This document shows, one piece after another, positions 9,277-21,300 of a stretch of 64,000 nt of DNA. Position 1 is the stretch's first letter, and each line of letters opens with the position of its first letter. A program made the translations under genes and the position numbers. The notes under the pieces are model-generated. The model was not told the origin of the DNA. It ran no database searches and worked only from the letters and a program-made list of their open reading frames with translations. This stretch comes from Terriglobia bacterium (GTDB lineage: Bacteria; Acidobacteriota; Terriglobia; JAJPHL01; JAPKYU01): positions 64,001 to 128,000 of the forward strand of contig CBDBKE010000003.1 of assembly GCA_965206645.1 (NCBI GenBank), read 5' to 3'.

Positions 9277-9705
9277 GTGCATTCCATCCCCGGCAGGTCA
9301 AGGAAGGTATCTCGCAGCTCGAAAATGTCGGTCCACCGTCGGTTGCCGCTGGGGGCGGTCACGCTGAGCTTCTCCGGGAGGACTGCCAAGACGACCGCCG
9401 AGGGAGCGTGGCAATCGACCGCGGTTGGACGCCTTTGGCGTCTGAAGACAACCTCCCCCGGCGCTCGCGCGATGCGCATTCATTTTCGGGACTTCGCCAT
9501 CGGGGCGGGCAGCCTCTGGCTCCACTCGGCGAGCGGGCAGGTCGCCGGGCCTTACAGCGGCTCGGGTCTGTACGGGGACGGAGACTTCTGGAGCGGTATT
9601 GTTTTCGGCGACAGCCTGACGATCAAGTATCTGCCCGATGGAGAGTCGGCGGAAGAAGCCGTGCCGTTCCGAATCGTGGCGATCAGCCTGTCCATTGCGA
9701 ATTGA
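9277..9705 (+). pseudogene. Fragment of a lysyl-endopeptidase/trypsin-like protease N-terminal domain
   Basis: LWRL...SPGARAMRIHFRDF...GPYSG.G...FWS...GDSLTIKY; no signal peptide or catalytic domain. Confidence 0.55.
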
Positions 9706-9900
9706 TATGTTGAGCGATTCTACCCGTGACCGCTGCCCCAGTGAGGCGAGTGCACACTGGCGGAGTACCCTCGGTAGCAGCGAAACAATCAGATCAGACA
9801 ACCGCTCCGCGTTGACAAGCTCAAACAGCGAATGGTTTCGTAGGAAGTGCCCGCCTGCCGATGTCCGCCGGTTACACAGGGAGCACCAGTCTTTGGAGAA

Positions 9901-10989
9901 TCAGGCAGTCATTGGGGTGTGATAGAGGCCTCTGCAGTGGCGTTGCCATCCATAGGAATGGAGCCTGGCGACTGGTCGTGGTATAGGCGTGACTGGATCA
10001 GGCGTTCTCCCTTCCAGTCCAGTGTGCAAGCGATACGCATTGAAATATGTCCTGAAATCGAGCAGCTTGTTCTCCAGGTCCGCCGTCGTCCAGAACAACC
10101 TGCGATCCAAATGCTCGCGTCGAATCGTGCCGATCAACCGTTCCACAAAGGGATGGGACAGGGGAACATAGGGGACGGTTTTGATTTCGATTACCTCCAG
10201 GATCCGCAGATTGGCTTGCCACTGCCCAAACCGATACAGGGGATCATGGTCGGAGCTGAGGTAGTTGGGCATACAGGGTTGCCATCGAATGGCGCGGTTG
10301 AACATGCGGCAAAGTGCCACGCCATTGACGGTTCCGGCGTGGACGCCGAACCCAATGATCCGACGGGTGTATTGATCCATGACGACCAAGACCCAGCGGG
10401 TCCGCAACGTGGCCGATTCGCACCGGAACAGATCTATACTCCAGAGGCTGTCCTTCATGTGGCCAATGAAGGTCAGCCAGGATGGACCACCGGAGTCCTT
10501 TTTCGGCCGATAGTGGCTGGCGAGAATCCTTCGAACAACGTCTTTGTCGATGAGGATGTCGAAAGCCAAGGCAATCTGCTGAGCGATTCGCGGGCAGCCC
10601 CAGGTGGGATTGCGCTGCTTCATCTGGACAACAGCGTCGATGAGTTCTTTGTTGGGTCCGTTTGGTCCGGGCTTACGCCGGTGCTTGGATGAAAAGAGCA
10701 GGCAATATTTTCGGTTCCTCAGAGCCCGGTGGAGACCCAAAAGAGTCGAAGGCTTCAGCACGATTGCTGAGCGGATCAGGCGGGCGGGGCGGATGAAGAG
10801 AGCACATAAACCGGCGACAAGGCGATCTGAGGTGCGTAGATTGGGTGACCGCTGTCGCGAACGATTGAGAATCAGGAGTTGTTGCTTGACATGAACGGAC
10901 TCAGCCACCACAGAACGGAAGCAACCCGGACCTGCAAGTCGCGCAAGAGTAACGATTAAATGAACGAAAAGGATGACAAGATCACGCAT
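9901..10989 (-). mobile_element. rve (integrase core) DDE transposase, IS481/IS3-superfamily-like
   Basis: NPTWGCPRI HTH, WSIDLF, LSSDHD, FVERLIGTIRRE...YFNAYRLH. Confidence 0.85.
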
Positions 10990-11072
10990 CTTGGCATTCT
11001 ATCAAATCTTGATAATGGCAGAATATTGGCCCGTTTTAGCAATTCGCCAGGGACAGGCATGTCCGATTCTCG

Positions 11073-11711
11073 ATGAACGATCACTTCGCGACCGAACAGG
11101 ATGCACGCAACGCGGTCGACGATTACATTCGAGGTTGGGAACTCGACGCAGCTCTAGTACGGGGCCCGAACGCGTTCAAGCTCCGTTTCGACCGAGCAGA
11201 GATCGAGGATCGAAACCCGACGCAGGGCGTTATGTACGCACAAGCGGGATCTGTTCGTTTCAACTTTACCGTAAGCGCGGCACAGGCCACCGTCTCGCCG
11301 CGTACTTATCCGAGGCCGCCGTCGGCACGCCTCAAGCGAACTCCCGATGTCGAGAGCATGTTCTACCGTTACGTCGGGCATCGTGAGGGCAAGGAGCCGC
11401 TCACGGCCATGGCGTATTTCTGTCTGACCGTCCTGGAGGCCTCTACCGGAAAGCGCCAAGGCCAACGCGCGGCGGCGGCGAAGCAATACCACATCAACAG
11501 ATGGGTCCTAAATCAGCTCGCAGAACTGAGCACGACCAAAGGTGGTGCCCACGCCAGAAAAGCAGAAGGCGTCCATCGAGACTTGACCCAGCAGGAAAGA
11601 CAGTTCCTAGAAGCGGCTGTCGAGAAGATCATCCGCAGGGCGGCAGAGGCAGGTGACGATCCGACCGCGTCTCTCGAGGAAATCACGATGCTCAACTTTC
11701 CACTTAAATAG
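11073..11711 (+). CDS. Hypothetical protein (possibly 5'-truncated by the adjacent transposase)
   Basis: 212-aa ORF with coding-like composition. Confidence 0.55.
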   Translation: MNDHFATEQDARNAVDDYIRGWELDAALVRGPNAFKLRFDRAEIEDRNPTQGVMYAQAGSVRFNFTVSAAQATVSPRTYPRPPSARLKRTPDVESMFYRYVGHREGKEPLTAMAYFCLTVLEASTGKRQGQRAAAAKQYHINRWVLNQLAELSTTKGGAHARKAEGVHRDLTQQERQFLEAAVEKIIRRAAEAGDDPTASLEEITMLNFPLK

Positions 11712-11794
11712 GGAACACTGCCAGCTTTAAGATGTGAGCGGGGCTGCTCCAACTGAGTCAACTGACATGAGTTTCCAGAAACCACAGTCCCACA

Positions 11795-11926
11795 GGTACT
11801 GTCAAGTTGAGCAGAATTTGCCCCGTTTTGCGGAAGGATTCTGCTGGATCAGAGACTGAGAATCAATGACTTAGCAGTGGCGGCGGGCGGCGAGAATGCC
11901 GCCAAACTGCTTAACTTGACAGTACC
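11795..11926 (+). mobile_element. MITE copy 1 (IS6-type ends)
   Basis: TIR GGTACTGTCAAGTT/AACTTGACAGTACC; near-identical to 14122-14252 and 26243-26373. Confidence 0.9.
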
Positions 11927-12240
11927 TTTAACAGAGCTCATTCGTTGATCCACGGCGAAGCCGAGCAGAAGCGGAAGGCAGGGAACCCGTGGGACCGCGT
12001 TGAGGGTCGAATTGAGAGCCTTATCCAAGGCAGAGTGCGCAGCCGTGACCGTGGTGGGCCTGATCGATAACGAGGATTGAGTAAACAGAGAAGCAATGGA
12101 ATGAAAACGAGACGGCTTGGTCTCGGTGTTGCGCTTCTGGTGGGCGGGATGATCCCCTCTCAGAGTGCCACCGGAACCGGAATTACCGCTATCCAACCAC
12201 AGCCGAACGAACTCGAAGCACGGGGTGTCTGTGCGGGAGA

Positions 12241-12669
12241 ATGGCCATGACGATCACTGGGAAAGCAACAACCAACTATTGCAAGAACTGTCATTTTCTG
12301 GCGAAAACCAGCATTGATTGTGGTGGCGGCACACATCGATCTTCATGGGATAAAGAAGAGCGCGATAACTATCATTCGCCCGATCATCATAGTGCAGAAT
12401 GTGCCAAAGGTATTTGGAGCACAAGAATCGATCCGCGCTTGGAAGAATCCCTTAGTAGCATTTTGTTAGAAAATAGAAAGGACAATTGTTTTTATATCGA
12501 AACTCACGACGGAATGTCGTTTGAAGCAGCCAGTGAGCTTCATCGGCTCAGGAACGACAATCGCCAGCTAAAGCGCAGCTATCGATACACGCAAATTGGA
12601 TTGTGGATCGCGGCTGGTAGCTTGCTTGCGAATCTCCTGATGAAAGTTTTTAAGGAAATCACTGGCTGA
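12241..12669 (+). CDS. Hypothetical Cys-containing protein with C-terminal TM helix
   Basis: CKNCHF, further Cys residues, hydrophobic C-terminus; lower GC. Confidence 0.6.
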   Translation: MAMTITGKATTNYCKNCHFLAKTSIDCGGGTHRSSWDKEERDNYHSPDHHSAECAKGIWSTRIDPRLEESLSSILLENRKDNCFYIETHDGMSFEAASELHRLRNDNRQLKRSYRYTQIGLWIAAGSLLANLLMKVFKEITG

Positions 12670-12676
12670 TCTGCAT

Positions 12677-13738
12677 GGCGTTGTTGCAGAAATCTGACTC
12701 CATCCCCAACGCTCTCCCTCCTGATAGGCTAGGGGATGGGCAAAAGCGACTACACCTTCCGATATAAGGTTCGCAACTGGCCGGAGCACAACCGGGCTCT
12801 GGTGAAACGTGGGCAGCTGACACTGTGGTTCGACACGGAGGCAGTCGCTGCCTGGCGTCATCCAGGACCCTTCGAAGGGCGAGGCCGGCCCAAGGTCTAC
12901 GCAGATGCGGCGATCCAATGTGCGCTGGTCCTGAATTCGGTGTTTCACCTCAACCTACGGACCACTCAAGGGTTCCTTCAATCCATCGTGGCGCTCATGG
13001 CTCTCGACCTCCCAGTGCCCAACTACAGCACGGTGAGCCGAAGGCAAAGCGCCGTCGACGTCCGACTGAGTGTAGGGCCCACGGATCGACCACGACATGT
13101 CGTCATCGATTCGACGGGCCTGAAGATCTACGGAGCCGGTGAGTGGCACATCAGAAAACACCGAACCCTCCGCCGTAGGACATGGCGAAAGCTCCACCTA
13201 GGCATCGATGAGACGACGAAAGAGATCGTTGCGATGGACCTGACTGCGAGCAACGTCCACGACGCCCGAAGGCTCTCTTCGTTGCTGTCTAAGACTCCTG
13301 GTTCGATCGGGCAAGTCTCCGCAGACCGGGCCTACGACACGGGTTCCTGCTACGAGGCCGTACTCCAGCACGACGCTATCGTGACGATCTTGCCGCGACG
13401 CAATGCACGATGCAGCCGAGACTCTCATCCGCCTCCGTGGCGTGCGATGCGTGATACCCATCTCCGGCGTATTAGGACGCAGGGCCGTTATGAGTGGCGG
13501 AAGTCGAGTGGCTGCACTCGCCAGAGCGTGGCGGAGAATGCGGTCTCACGGTACAAGGCGATACTCGGGGTAAGCCTCTCGGCCCGCACGGTCAAGAACC
13601 AAAAAGTCGAAGCCGCGATCAAGTGCGCTGTGCTGAACCGGATGGCGGAGCTTGGAATGCCACGATCGGAGCGCGTGTACTGAGGCGGATGAGCTTCTCG
13701 GCCCGGTTCGCCGCGAGCGCGAATTACGCAACAACGCC
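12677..13738 (+). mobile_element. IS5-family (IS903 group) element; transposase 12736-13683
   Basis: TIR GGCGTTGTTGC/GCAACAACGCC. YKVRNWxxxNxALxxRG, IDSTGLK, WRKLH, ADRAYD. No TSD seen. Confidence 0.92.
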
Positions 13739-14121
13739 GCCTTCAAGATCACCTGAAGTGGACTCGATGAACTTGGCAACTTCTTCGTCGATCGATTCAA
13801 TTTCCTCGTCGATTAATTCTTCTCGGCGTTTCAGTGTCATCGTGGCAATCAACCTTTAGCCAGTATCATCTGAGAGATTTTAGATGTAGCTTAGCGTCCA
13901 CCATCAAGTAATGCGGTGATGTAGAGTATGTCCTGCGATTGTCCCGCCAGCGTTCGCCAACGTCTGTTCCCATTGCTGCTGATAGCCTATTCCTTCTTGC
14001 GAAAGCAGGCCGAGCTTCTCCTCCTTTTCCGTTAAGGCACGGAACTTGTCGACACCCGGATAGGATGGGAGCACGAAAGTTTCTTTACGATGCAGAATCG
14101 GTGGATTCAAAGAGTCCGAAT

Positions 14122-14252
14122 GGTACTGTCAAGTTAAGCAGTTTGGCGGCATTCTCGCCGCCCGCCGCCACCGCTAAGTCATTGATTCTCAGTCTCTGAT
14201 CCAGCAGAATCCTTCCGCAAAACGGGCAGATTCTGCTCAACTTGACAGTACC
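14122..14252 (-). mobile_element. MITE copy 2 (inverted)
   Basis: Reverse complement of copies 1 and 3, with the same TIRs. Confidence 0.9.
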
Positions 14253-14310
14253 TTACGGGATCGAGCTGACCCGCGACGAGGTGGACCGCATCGAGTCGAT
14301 CGCGGGTTGA

Positions 14311-14679
14311 CAGCCTGTCGTGAAGTTGCCTGAAGCTGTAGGGCGCTCGATGAGCGCCCCTGGGCCGTCGCAGACCCCCAAGGATGGTCTGACTTCCACC
14401 GCAGGCTGCTGACCGCTCGTGGCCGGCCGGACCGTCGGCGGCCCGGCTCCCCGGCTCCCCGGGCTCGATCGAGCCCAGCGGGCCGTGGCAGAATGAATGG
14501 ATCAGGAACTTCAGCGCTCGGAAGCCCCGTGGGCGCCCAGAGGGTTACGGCGGCATCGCGCCATCTGCGGTGTTGCCGCTCCTCACGGATGGAAGAGCAT
14601 CGCCCTCGTCGCGGCGCCTAACATCCGGCGCGATGGCGCTCGTAACGCGACCCCGCAGACTTCCACCACGGGCTGTTAG
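14311..14679. repeat. Small palindromic MITE-like elements with CAGCC...GGCTG-type ends
   Basis: CAGCCTGTCGTGAAGT pairs imperfectly with GACTTCCACCGCAGGCTG (~14391) and GACTTCCACCACGGGCTG (~14658); internal hairpins. Confidence 0.4.
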
Positions 14680-14680
14680 G

Positions 14681-14775
14681 CTCTCGCCAGTCCTCATGTC
14701 CCTTCCTCCGTCATGCGTTGCTCTCGAACTGAGGTCCCTTCCCTCCACCGGCATTACCCGGCTTCCTTGGTATTG
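14681..14775 (-). mobile_element. Group II intron remnant (domain III to start of domain IV)
   Basis: Minus strand ACC-AAGGAAGCCGGGTAATGCCGGTGGAGGGAAGGGACCTCAGTTC matches the typical DIII motif; no RT ORF. Confidence 0.7.
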
Positions 14776-14948
14776 CGGAGACAGGCCTACTGCGGGGATG
14801 GCTGCCGGAAGAGAGCGCAACTGCAACAACATCGCAACGCCAACCGGAAACACCAGGACAGCCCGGAAGGACGGCTCGATCACCGGGACCGGCAGCGGGC
14901 CTACCGGAAACGGCTCCGCCGCCGCGTGACGGATGCAACTTCCCCCGG
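14776..14948 (+). pseudogene. Fragment of an IS21-associated accessory ORF
   Basis: YCGDGCR...ANRKHQDSPEGRLDHRDRQRAYR motif, as recalled from small ORFs preceding istA. Confidence 0.5.
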
Positions 14949-15081
14949 TATGAACGCCGGAGCAATAATAGACCAGGGAGCGCCGCGTAAGCGGCGGTTT
15001 CTGGCGGTGCAAAATTAGACCAGCGCAGTTCGATTCCATCAAACATTGTGATTCTGATGTGTTTTGTGAAACACCGGAGGT

Positions 15082-16581
15082 GTGCACACAGTGGAACTCT
15101 ATGCGCGTGTTCGACGAGCAGTTCAGGCTGAGGGGATCAGTGAACGGGAGGCGGCGCGGCAGTTCGGGCTAGCCCGCGAGACGGTCCGCAAGATGCTGCG
15201 GTACTCGATCCCTCCGGGCTATCGGCGGCAGCAGCCGGCGCGGCGGCCGAAGCTGGATGCCTGGGTGGGGATCATCGACCAGATCCTGGAGCAAGATAAG
15301 GCCCAGAGCAAGAAGCAACGCCACACGGCCAAGCGGGTTTTTGAGCGGCTGCGGGAGGAGCACGGATTCCCGGGCGGCTACACCATCGTGAAGGACTACG
15401 TGCGGCTGCGGAAGCTGAGCCAGCGGGAGATGTTCGTGCCGCTGGAGCATCCACCGGGGGAGGCCCAGGCCGACTTTGGCGAAGCGCAAGTGGTGATCGG
15501 CGGGGTGGAGCGCAAGGCGCACTATTTCGTGATGGAGCTGCCGCAATCGGACGACTGCTTCGTGATGGCGTTTCCGGCTGAGACGACCGAAGCGTTCTTA
15601 GAAGGGCACAACCAGGCGTTCGGCTACTTCGGCGGAGTGCCTCGCACGATCCTGTACGACAACACCAAGCTGGCGGTGAGGCAGATCCTGGGTGACGGAA
15701 CACGGAACAAGACGCGGGCGTTCTCCGAACTGCAGAGTCACTACCTGTTTGCGGAGAAGTTCGGACGACCGGGCAAGGGCAATGACAAAGGGAAAGTGGA
15801 AGGACTAGTGGGTTACGTGCGGCGGAACTTCCTGGTGCCGGTGCCGCGGTGTGCCAGCTGGGAGGAGTTGCACGCGAAGCTGCGGGAACAGTGCACCCGG
15901 CGGCGAGAGCGGCGTCTGCGAGGACATCAAGAGACGATCGGCGAGCGGTTCGCGAAGGATCAACAGAGGCTGCTGCCCCTGCCGGCGACGCCCTATGAGG
16001 CCTGCGACAAACGGACCACACGGGTGACGTCACTGTCGCTGGTGCGGTATCGATCCAACGACTATTCGGTGCCGGTGGCTTGGGGGCACCGGGAGGTGCT
16101 GGTGAAGGGATTCGTCGAGGAAGTGGTGATCTGTGCAGCGAGCGAAGTGATCGCACGCCATGTCCGGAGCTAGGAACGGGAAGAGATGATCTTCGATCCG
16201 TTGCACTATCTGGCGCTGCTGGAGCAGAAGCCGAACGCGTTGAACCAGGCCGCCCCCCTGGCCGGCTGGGAGTTGCCGGAAGGCTTCGCGCAACTGCGGC
16301 GGCTGATGGAGGCGCGGTTAGGCAAGAAGGGCAAGCGGGAGTATGTGCAGGTCCTGCGACGGCTGGAGACGTTCCGTTGGACGGAAGTGTCGCTGGCCGT
16401 CGAGGACGCCTTGCGGCTGGGGGCGATCTGGTCTGACGCGGTCAAGCATCTGCTGCTGGGCCGGATCGAGCAGCGGCCGGCGCGGCTGGACCTGGAGCAC
16501 TATCCGCACCTGCCGGCGACGCAGGTGGCCACCACAGCCGCCGCCGACTATCTGACCCTGCTCCGGGAAGGAGTCTGCTGA
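15082..16581 (+). pseudogene. istA: IS21 transposase with in-frame amber stop at 16171-16173
   Basis: AQADFG, ILYDN, KGKVE; the frame continues after TAG into ORF 16186-16581. Confidence 0.85.
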
Positions 16582-17345
16582 TGGACACGCCCCAGGTGTT
16601 GCTGGAACACCATCTGAAGGCCCTGCAATTACCCACCTTTTTGCGTGAGTACGACAAGGTGGCGCAGCAGTGCGCTGCCGAGGGCGTGGACTTCCCGCGC
16701 TACCTGCTGCGGTTGACGGAGCTGGAGCTGCTGGACCGGGAACGGCGCGCCACCGAGCGGCGCATTCACCAAGCCAGGTTCGACGTGGTGAAGAGCCTCG
16801 ACAGTTTCGATTTCCTGGCCCTTCCGTCGCTGAATAAGGCCTTGGTGCTCGAGCTGGCCCGAGGCGAGTTCATCGAACGCAAGGAGAACATCCTGGCTTT
16901 AGGGAACTCGGGCACGGGAAAAACCCACATTGCGTTGGCGCTGGGACTGGCCGCCTGTCAGAAAGGGTTCCGGGTCCGGTTCACTACGGCGGCCTCCCTG
17001 GCGCATGAGCTGATCGAGGCCAAGGACGAGCGGCGCCTGATGCGGTTCCAGAAGATGCTCTCCAGTTTCGAGCTGTTGATCATTGACGAGCTGGGTTTCG
17101 TGCCGCTATCCAAGACTGGGGCGGAGTTGCTGTTTGAGGTCTTCAGCCGGCGCTACGAACGCAGCGCCACCGTGGTGACCAGCAACCTGCCGTTCAACGA
17201 ATGGACGGAGGCCTTCGGATCGGAGCGGCTGACCGGAGCCCTGCTGGATCGTCTCACCCACCATGTCCACATCCTGGAGATGAACGGGGAAAGTTGCCGG
17301 CTCAAGGACAGCAAACGAAGGCGTTCCGGAAAGCCTCGCGCCTGA
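16581..17345 (+). CDS. istB: IS21 helper ATPase
   Basis: Walker A GNSGTGKT, LLIIDELG, TSN, LLDRLTHH. Confidence 0.95.
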   Translation: MDTPQVLLEHHLKALQLPTFLREYDKVAQQCAAEGVDFPRYLLRLTELELLDRERRATERRIHQARFDVVKSLDSFDFLALPSLNKALVLELARGEFIERKENILALGNSGTGKTHIALALGLAACQKGFRVRFTTAASLAHELIEAKDERRLMRFQKMLSSFELLIIDELGFVPLSKTGAELLFEVFSRRYERSATVVTSNLPFNEWTEAFGSERLTGALLDRLTHHVHILEMNGESCRLKDSKRRRSGKPRA

Positions 17346-17670
17346 TCTCACCCAATACTGGGCGACGAGTTGCGAGGGCGGCTTCCACTCCAGCCTAACC
17401 GCGCCGCCCTGCGGGCGTCGCAGGCCTCCGCTCCAACCGCCCCCGCAACTCCCTCTCAAATCAAAGCTTCCACCACCCCTGAACTGGTCTACTTTCTCTC
17501 CGCCGGAGTGGTCTAGTTTTACTCCGCCCTTGACAAAGCGCCGCCGTCGATGCGATCAACGGCCGCTATGGCCGCACCGTCATCGGCTACGGCCAGTGTG
17601 GCGATCCGGGTGGCTATACCGGAGCCAAGATCGCCTATGGCCGTATTCCCGATTGGGAGGACTTTCAGTA

Positions 17671-17925
17671 ATGCCGCTCCAGTTAGGAGATTATGCCGAC
17701 GTGGGAGACTGGTATTTCATCGCCGTATGCGGGGCCTGCGGCCGTGAAGCAATCTTGGAGCCGGTCGATATCCTGGCCCATGCGGGGACAGGAAAAGTGC
17801 ATCGCGGTATGAACCTGAGTGACCTTGAGGCTCTCTTGCGTTGTCGGGACTGCCAGTGCAGAATGGCGCGTCTCGAAGCGGTCGCCAGAATTCCTAAGCA
17901 GGCCTTCGTCGCAGGGATGCTCTGA
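17671..17925 (+). CDS. Small Zn-ribbon hypothetical protein
   Basis: GGAGG RBS; CGAC...CRDC. Confidence 0.65.
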   Translation: MPLQLGDYADVGDWYFIAVCGACGREAILEPVDILAHAGTGKVHRGMNLSDLEALLRCRDCQCRMARLEAVARIPKQAFVAGML

Positions 17926-17972
17926 GGCAATGGCTTCCTGAAGAATAGATTCTCTCTCACTTTCGCTGGCAC

Positions 17973-18014
17973 AAAAATCCCCGGCCGGGTCAGGTGACCT
18001 GACCGGCCCTTTTT
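17973..18014. terminator. Probable bidirectional terminator hairpin
   Basis: AAAAA...GGCCGGGTCAGG-TGA-CCTGACCGGCC-CTTTTT. Confidence 0.5.
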
Positions 18015-18240
18015 GTACCAAGTGGAAAGAGAGAGAATCCACTTGAGGAGGAAGTCAGGTCAGCTGCCCGGGGCCTGTGAGGTTTTTATTTGCAACTGCT
18101 GTGATCAGCCCGAAGATCAATGCGATTGCGGCCGTTCTTGCGCCCTCTGCCACTCGTTTTATGGAAATCGGCTCTGTGAGGACGGCTTATACTATTGTAA
18201 CGATTGCCGCGACGCCAGTGATTATCGTACCCAGGATTAG
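18013..18240 (+). CDS. Cys-rich small protein or remnant (possible Zn finger)
   Basis: CNCC...CDC..SCALCH...RLCEDGLYYCNDC; start codon uncertain. Confidence 0.4.
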   Translation: MYQVERERIHLRRKSGQLPGACEVFICNCCDQPEDQCDCGRSCALCHSFYGNRLCEDGLYYCNDCRDASDYRTQD

Positions 18241-18398
18241 GTGTGACGGTTCGGGGATTGAACCGGTGTTCCTTGCTTCTACGGGTGACGCCGAGATGAG
18301 AAGTATCCGCGGATGCCGAAGGAAACAGATTTTTCGGCTCGTTATGTGTAGCCTAGCGGAACGAAAACGACGTTCCGATGTTTTTCTTCCTAACGTCC

Positions 18399-21300
18399 TC
18401 AGAAAGGAATCGAGATTCCTAGCATCATGCCTAGATCGATCATGCGGTTGGGGGTTTCCCGCCTGATCCATTCCAATTGGAACTTCGCGGGCTGCGCTGG
18501 CAGCCCGCGAGAAAGCAGGCTGAATTCGGTGCCCACGCGCAGATCGCGCCCATAGTCGGCAAGTTGCAGGCGGCTGTAGGGCGTCAGCAAACCCCGTCCG
18601 CCGAAGATGTCCATCCCGTAGGCCACCTCGCTGCTCGTGCTGGTCTGGGAGGCGTTGGACATGTAGCCCGAGCCCATGGGACGGGTGACCAGGGCCGAGT
18701 TGTTCCACAACGTCGTCCTGCCACCCCCATCGTTTCCGCGCGAAGACATCATCGACAGTTGCAGACCCCGACGTTTCTCCCCCGAGTCCCAGCTTACCTG
18801 CATTCCCAGTCCTAAGTCGCGGTAGTCACTTTCACGCACCAGCAGCATCCGGCCGTGCGACGCGATGCCCAGACCGCCGGCCGCATCCAGATAGCCTAGA
18901 CGGAAGCCGGCTTCGGCTCCAGAACCCCGATCCGCGTCGCCCGCGTCGTGGCGGTACCCAAGTTCTGCCTTAATGCTTAGCGATCTCTCCGCTTCCAGAG
19001 GCTTGTCGTGGACCATTTCCAGCATCATCCGGGTCCGGCTGGCTTGGCCACTTACATTTTCGATGTCCTTCCAAGCTTTGGTTCCGAGGCGTGCAGTGAA
19101 AGAATCTAAAACAACGCCCACCTCCGTGTTGCCCCGCTTGGCCAGCACCGAGCGCATCCCGCCCGAGAACATACGAAAGTCGGAAGCTAAGTCGTGAGCC
19201 CGGCGCGGCTCATTGACATCAACTTCACCTCTTCCCAAGCCTCCAATGACCCACGTACTGAAGCGCTCGTTGGGCTGCCAGTACAGATACGGATGAGCAG
19301 TGTTCATACCATTCCTAAACATCCCATGGACCCCATCGGCGTTGTAATTGATACGAGCAAAGCTTCGCATGAAGGAGAGGCCGACGAGCATCTGTTCGCT
19401 GTTGTAGAAGTCCAGTCCAACGTGAGCGGCCCCCATGACACCGCGATAGTCCATCCCGCCCCGGGTGATATTCCCGTTGAAGTTTTGCAGGTCGCCCTGA
19501 ACCCACAGAGCTACACTCCCACTCCCGTCGTTGCCCCTGGTGCTTTCTCCCATTTGGAGGTTGAAGGAAGCCTGGGAAAAGATCGGTTGTCGAGCCCTTA
19601 TCCCGGAGAACTGGCGAGCCACAAGCGTTGTGTCGGCCGTGGATGTCCTTTGGAGCGTAACGTGCCCGTAGGCCGCTTGGGTGGGCGCGATGCCATAGTC
19701 GGGAGCCAAGGAGTTATGCAAGCTGCCTGGTCGGATCGAGCCCATCGACGGACCAGCGCCCTCGGCCAGCCTGGGGGGTGCGAAGCCGAATCTATCGGCC
19801 TCTGGCATGTGATTTAAAGCACCGGCCCTGCTGAGACCCGAACCGTTGCTGCCGGTCTGGCCGGCAGACAGGCTTCCCCCCGTGTTCGGACCGCGTGCGG
19901 ACAGCCTGTTCCGCATCAACTGGCGCTTGTGCTGGAATCGAGACTGGATCGCCGTCTGCGCGCTATCTCCCACCGAACGGGCAGTTACCGCCAGCAGGAT
20001 CTTCAGCGATGCCGAAAACTGCTCTGCGCTGCGTTGCTGGGTGAACTTCACCGTGGTCTCTGAGGGGTCGCCTTCGCTGACCGCCTCCGGCAGATCCCCG
20101 AATCCAAGGACAATACTCTCGCCCGGATCATCCTCCTGATCCGCCGGCGCGGTCACCTGGAAAGTGACCACGGTCGCGCCGACCTCGAATACGATCGACG
20201 CCGGCACCCCGCCGTAGTCCTGGCTCGTCGCACCTCCTTGCGGCGTCACTACTAGCGGCACTTCCACCCGGCGGTCCGCAGCCGGGGAGATGTTCACATT
20301 GATGCTGGCCGGATCGCCACCTTCGGCAATTGTGTGCTCGGCCCGCGCAAAGCTTACCGCCAGCTCCGGCAGGTCAGCGTCCACGATGGTGAGGGTGGCC
20401 GTGGCCGTCTCACCTTTACTGACCCCCTCCGGCAGCGTCCCGAAGCCCAACTCTATCGTCTCATCGTCGCTGTCGGTGTCCTCGTTGGCCACGATCATGA
20501 AGGTCTTGGAGAGGTCTCCAGGAGCAAAATTCAACGTTCCATCGGTGAGACCGGAAACCGTGTAATCGTCCGCCTCGGTCGCGCCTTGCGGCATCAGCGT
20601 GATCGGAATCGTGAGGTCCTGGTCGGAGGTCCGGTTCAGCATCACCTTCAGCGTCACCGGATCGCCACCTTCGGTCGTGCTGTAGCTCGCCAAGTCGAAC
20701 GCCACCGTCAGGGCCGGCGGAACGTCGTCGTCGGTGATGGTAAGGGTGGCCGTGGCTGTCTCACCTTGGCTGACCCCCTCCGGCAGCGTCCCGAAGCCCA
20801 ACTCTATCGTCTCATCGTCGCTGTCAGTGTCCTCGTTGGCCGCGATCATGAAGGTCTTGGAAAGGTCTCCGGGAGCAAAACTCAACGTCCCATCGGTGAG
20901 ACCGGAAACCGTGTAGTCGTCCGCCTCCGTTGCGCCTTGCGGCATCACCGTGATCGGAATCGTGATGTCCCGGTCGGACGCACGGTTCAGCGACACCTTC
21001 ACCGTCACCGGATCGCCACCTTCCGTCGTGCTGTAGCTCGCCGGGTCGAACGCCACCGTCAGGGCCTGCCTGGGTAGGGTAACCGCATCCCTGACCGCGG
21101 CGGTCGGCTGGCTGGTCACGGCTTCCTCGGTGCCGATGCCGTCGGTGAAGCTCACCGTGACCGTGATCCGCTTGCCGACCTCATTGTTGGTCAGCCTGTA
21201 GCTTAAATCCATTGCCCCGGCAATATTCGTTCCGTCGGCCTTCCACTGATACACGAAGTCGCCCAGGCCGTCGGCATCTTGAATGTCGGTCGTCACTGCC

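Larger units (their letters stand above)
14949..17535 (+). mobile_element. IS21-family element
   Basis: Ends TATGAACGCCGGAGCAATAATAGACCA / TGGTCTAGTTTTACTCCGCCCTTGACA with repeated subterminal TAGACCA boxes; istA plus istB. Confidence 0.9.

Noticed and set aside
11849-12196. ORFs sharing the peptide [25 protein letters not shown] (also 13939-14199)
   Set aside because: The shared text is translation of the MITE, not a protein family.
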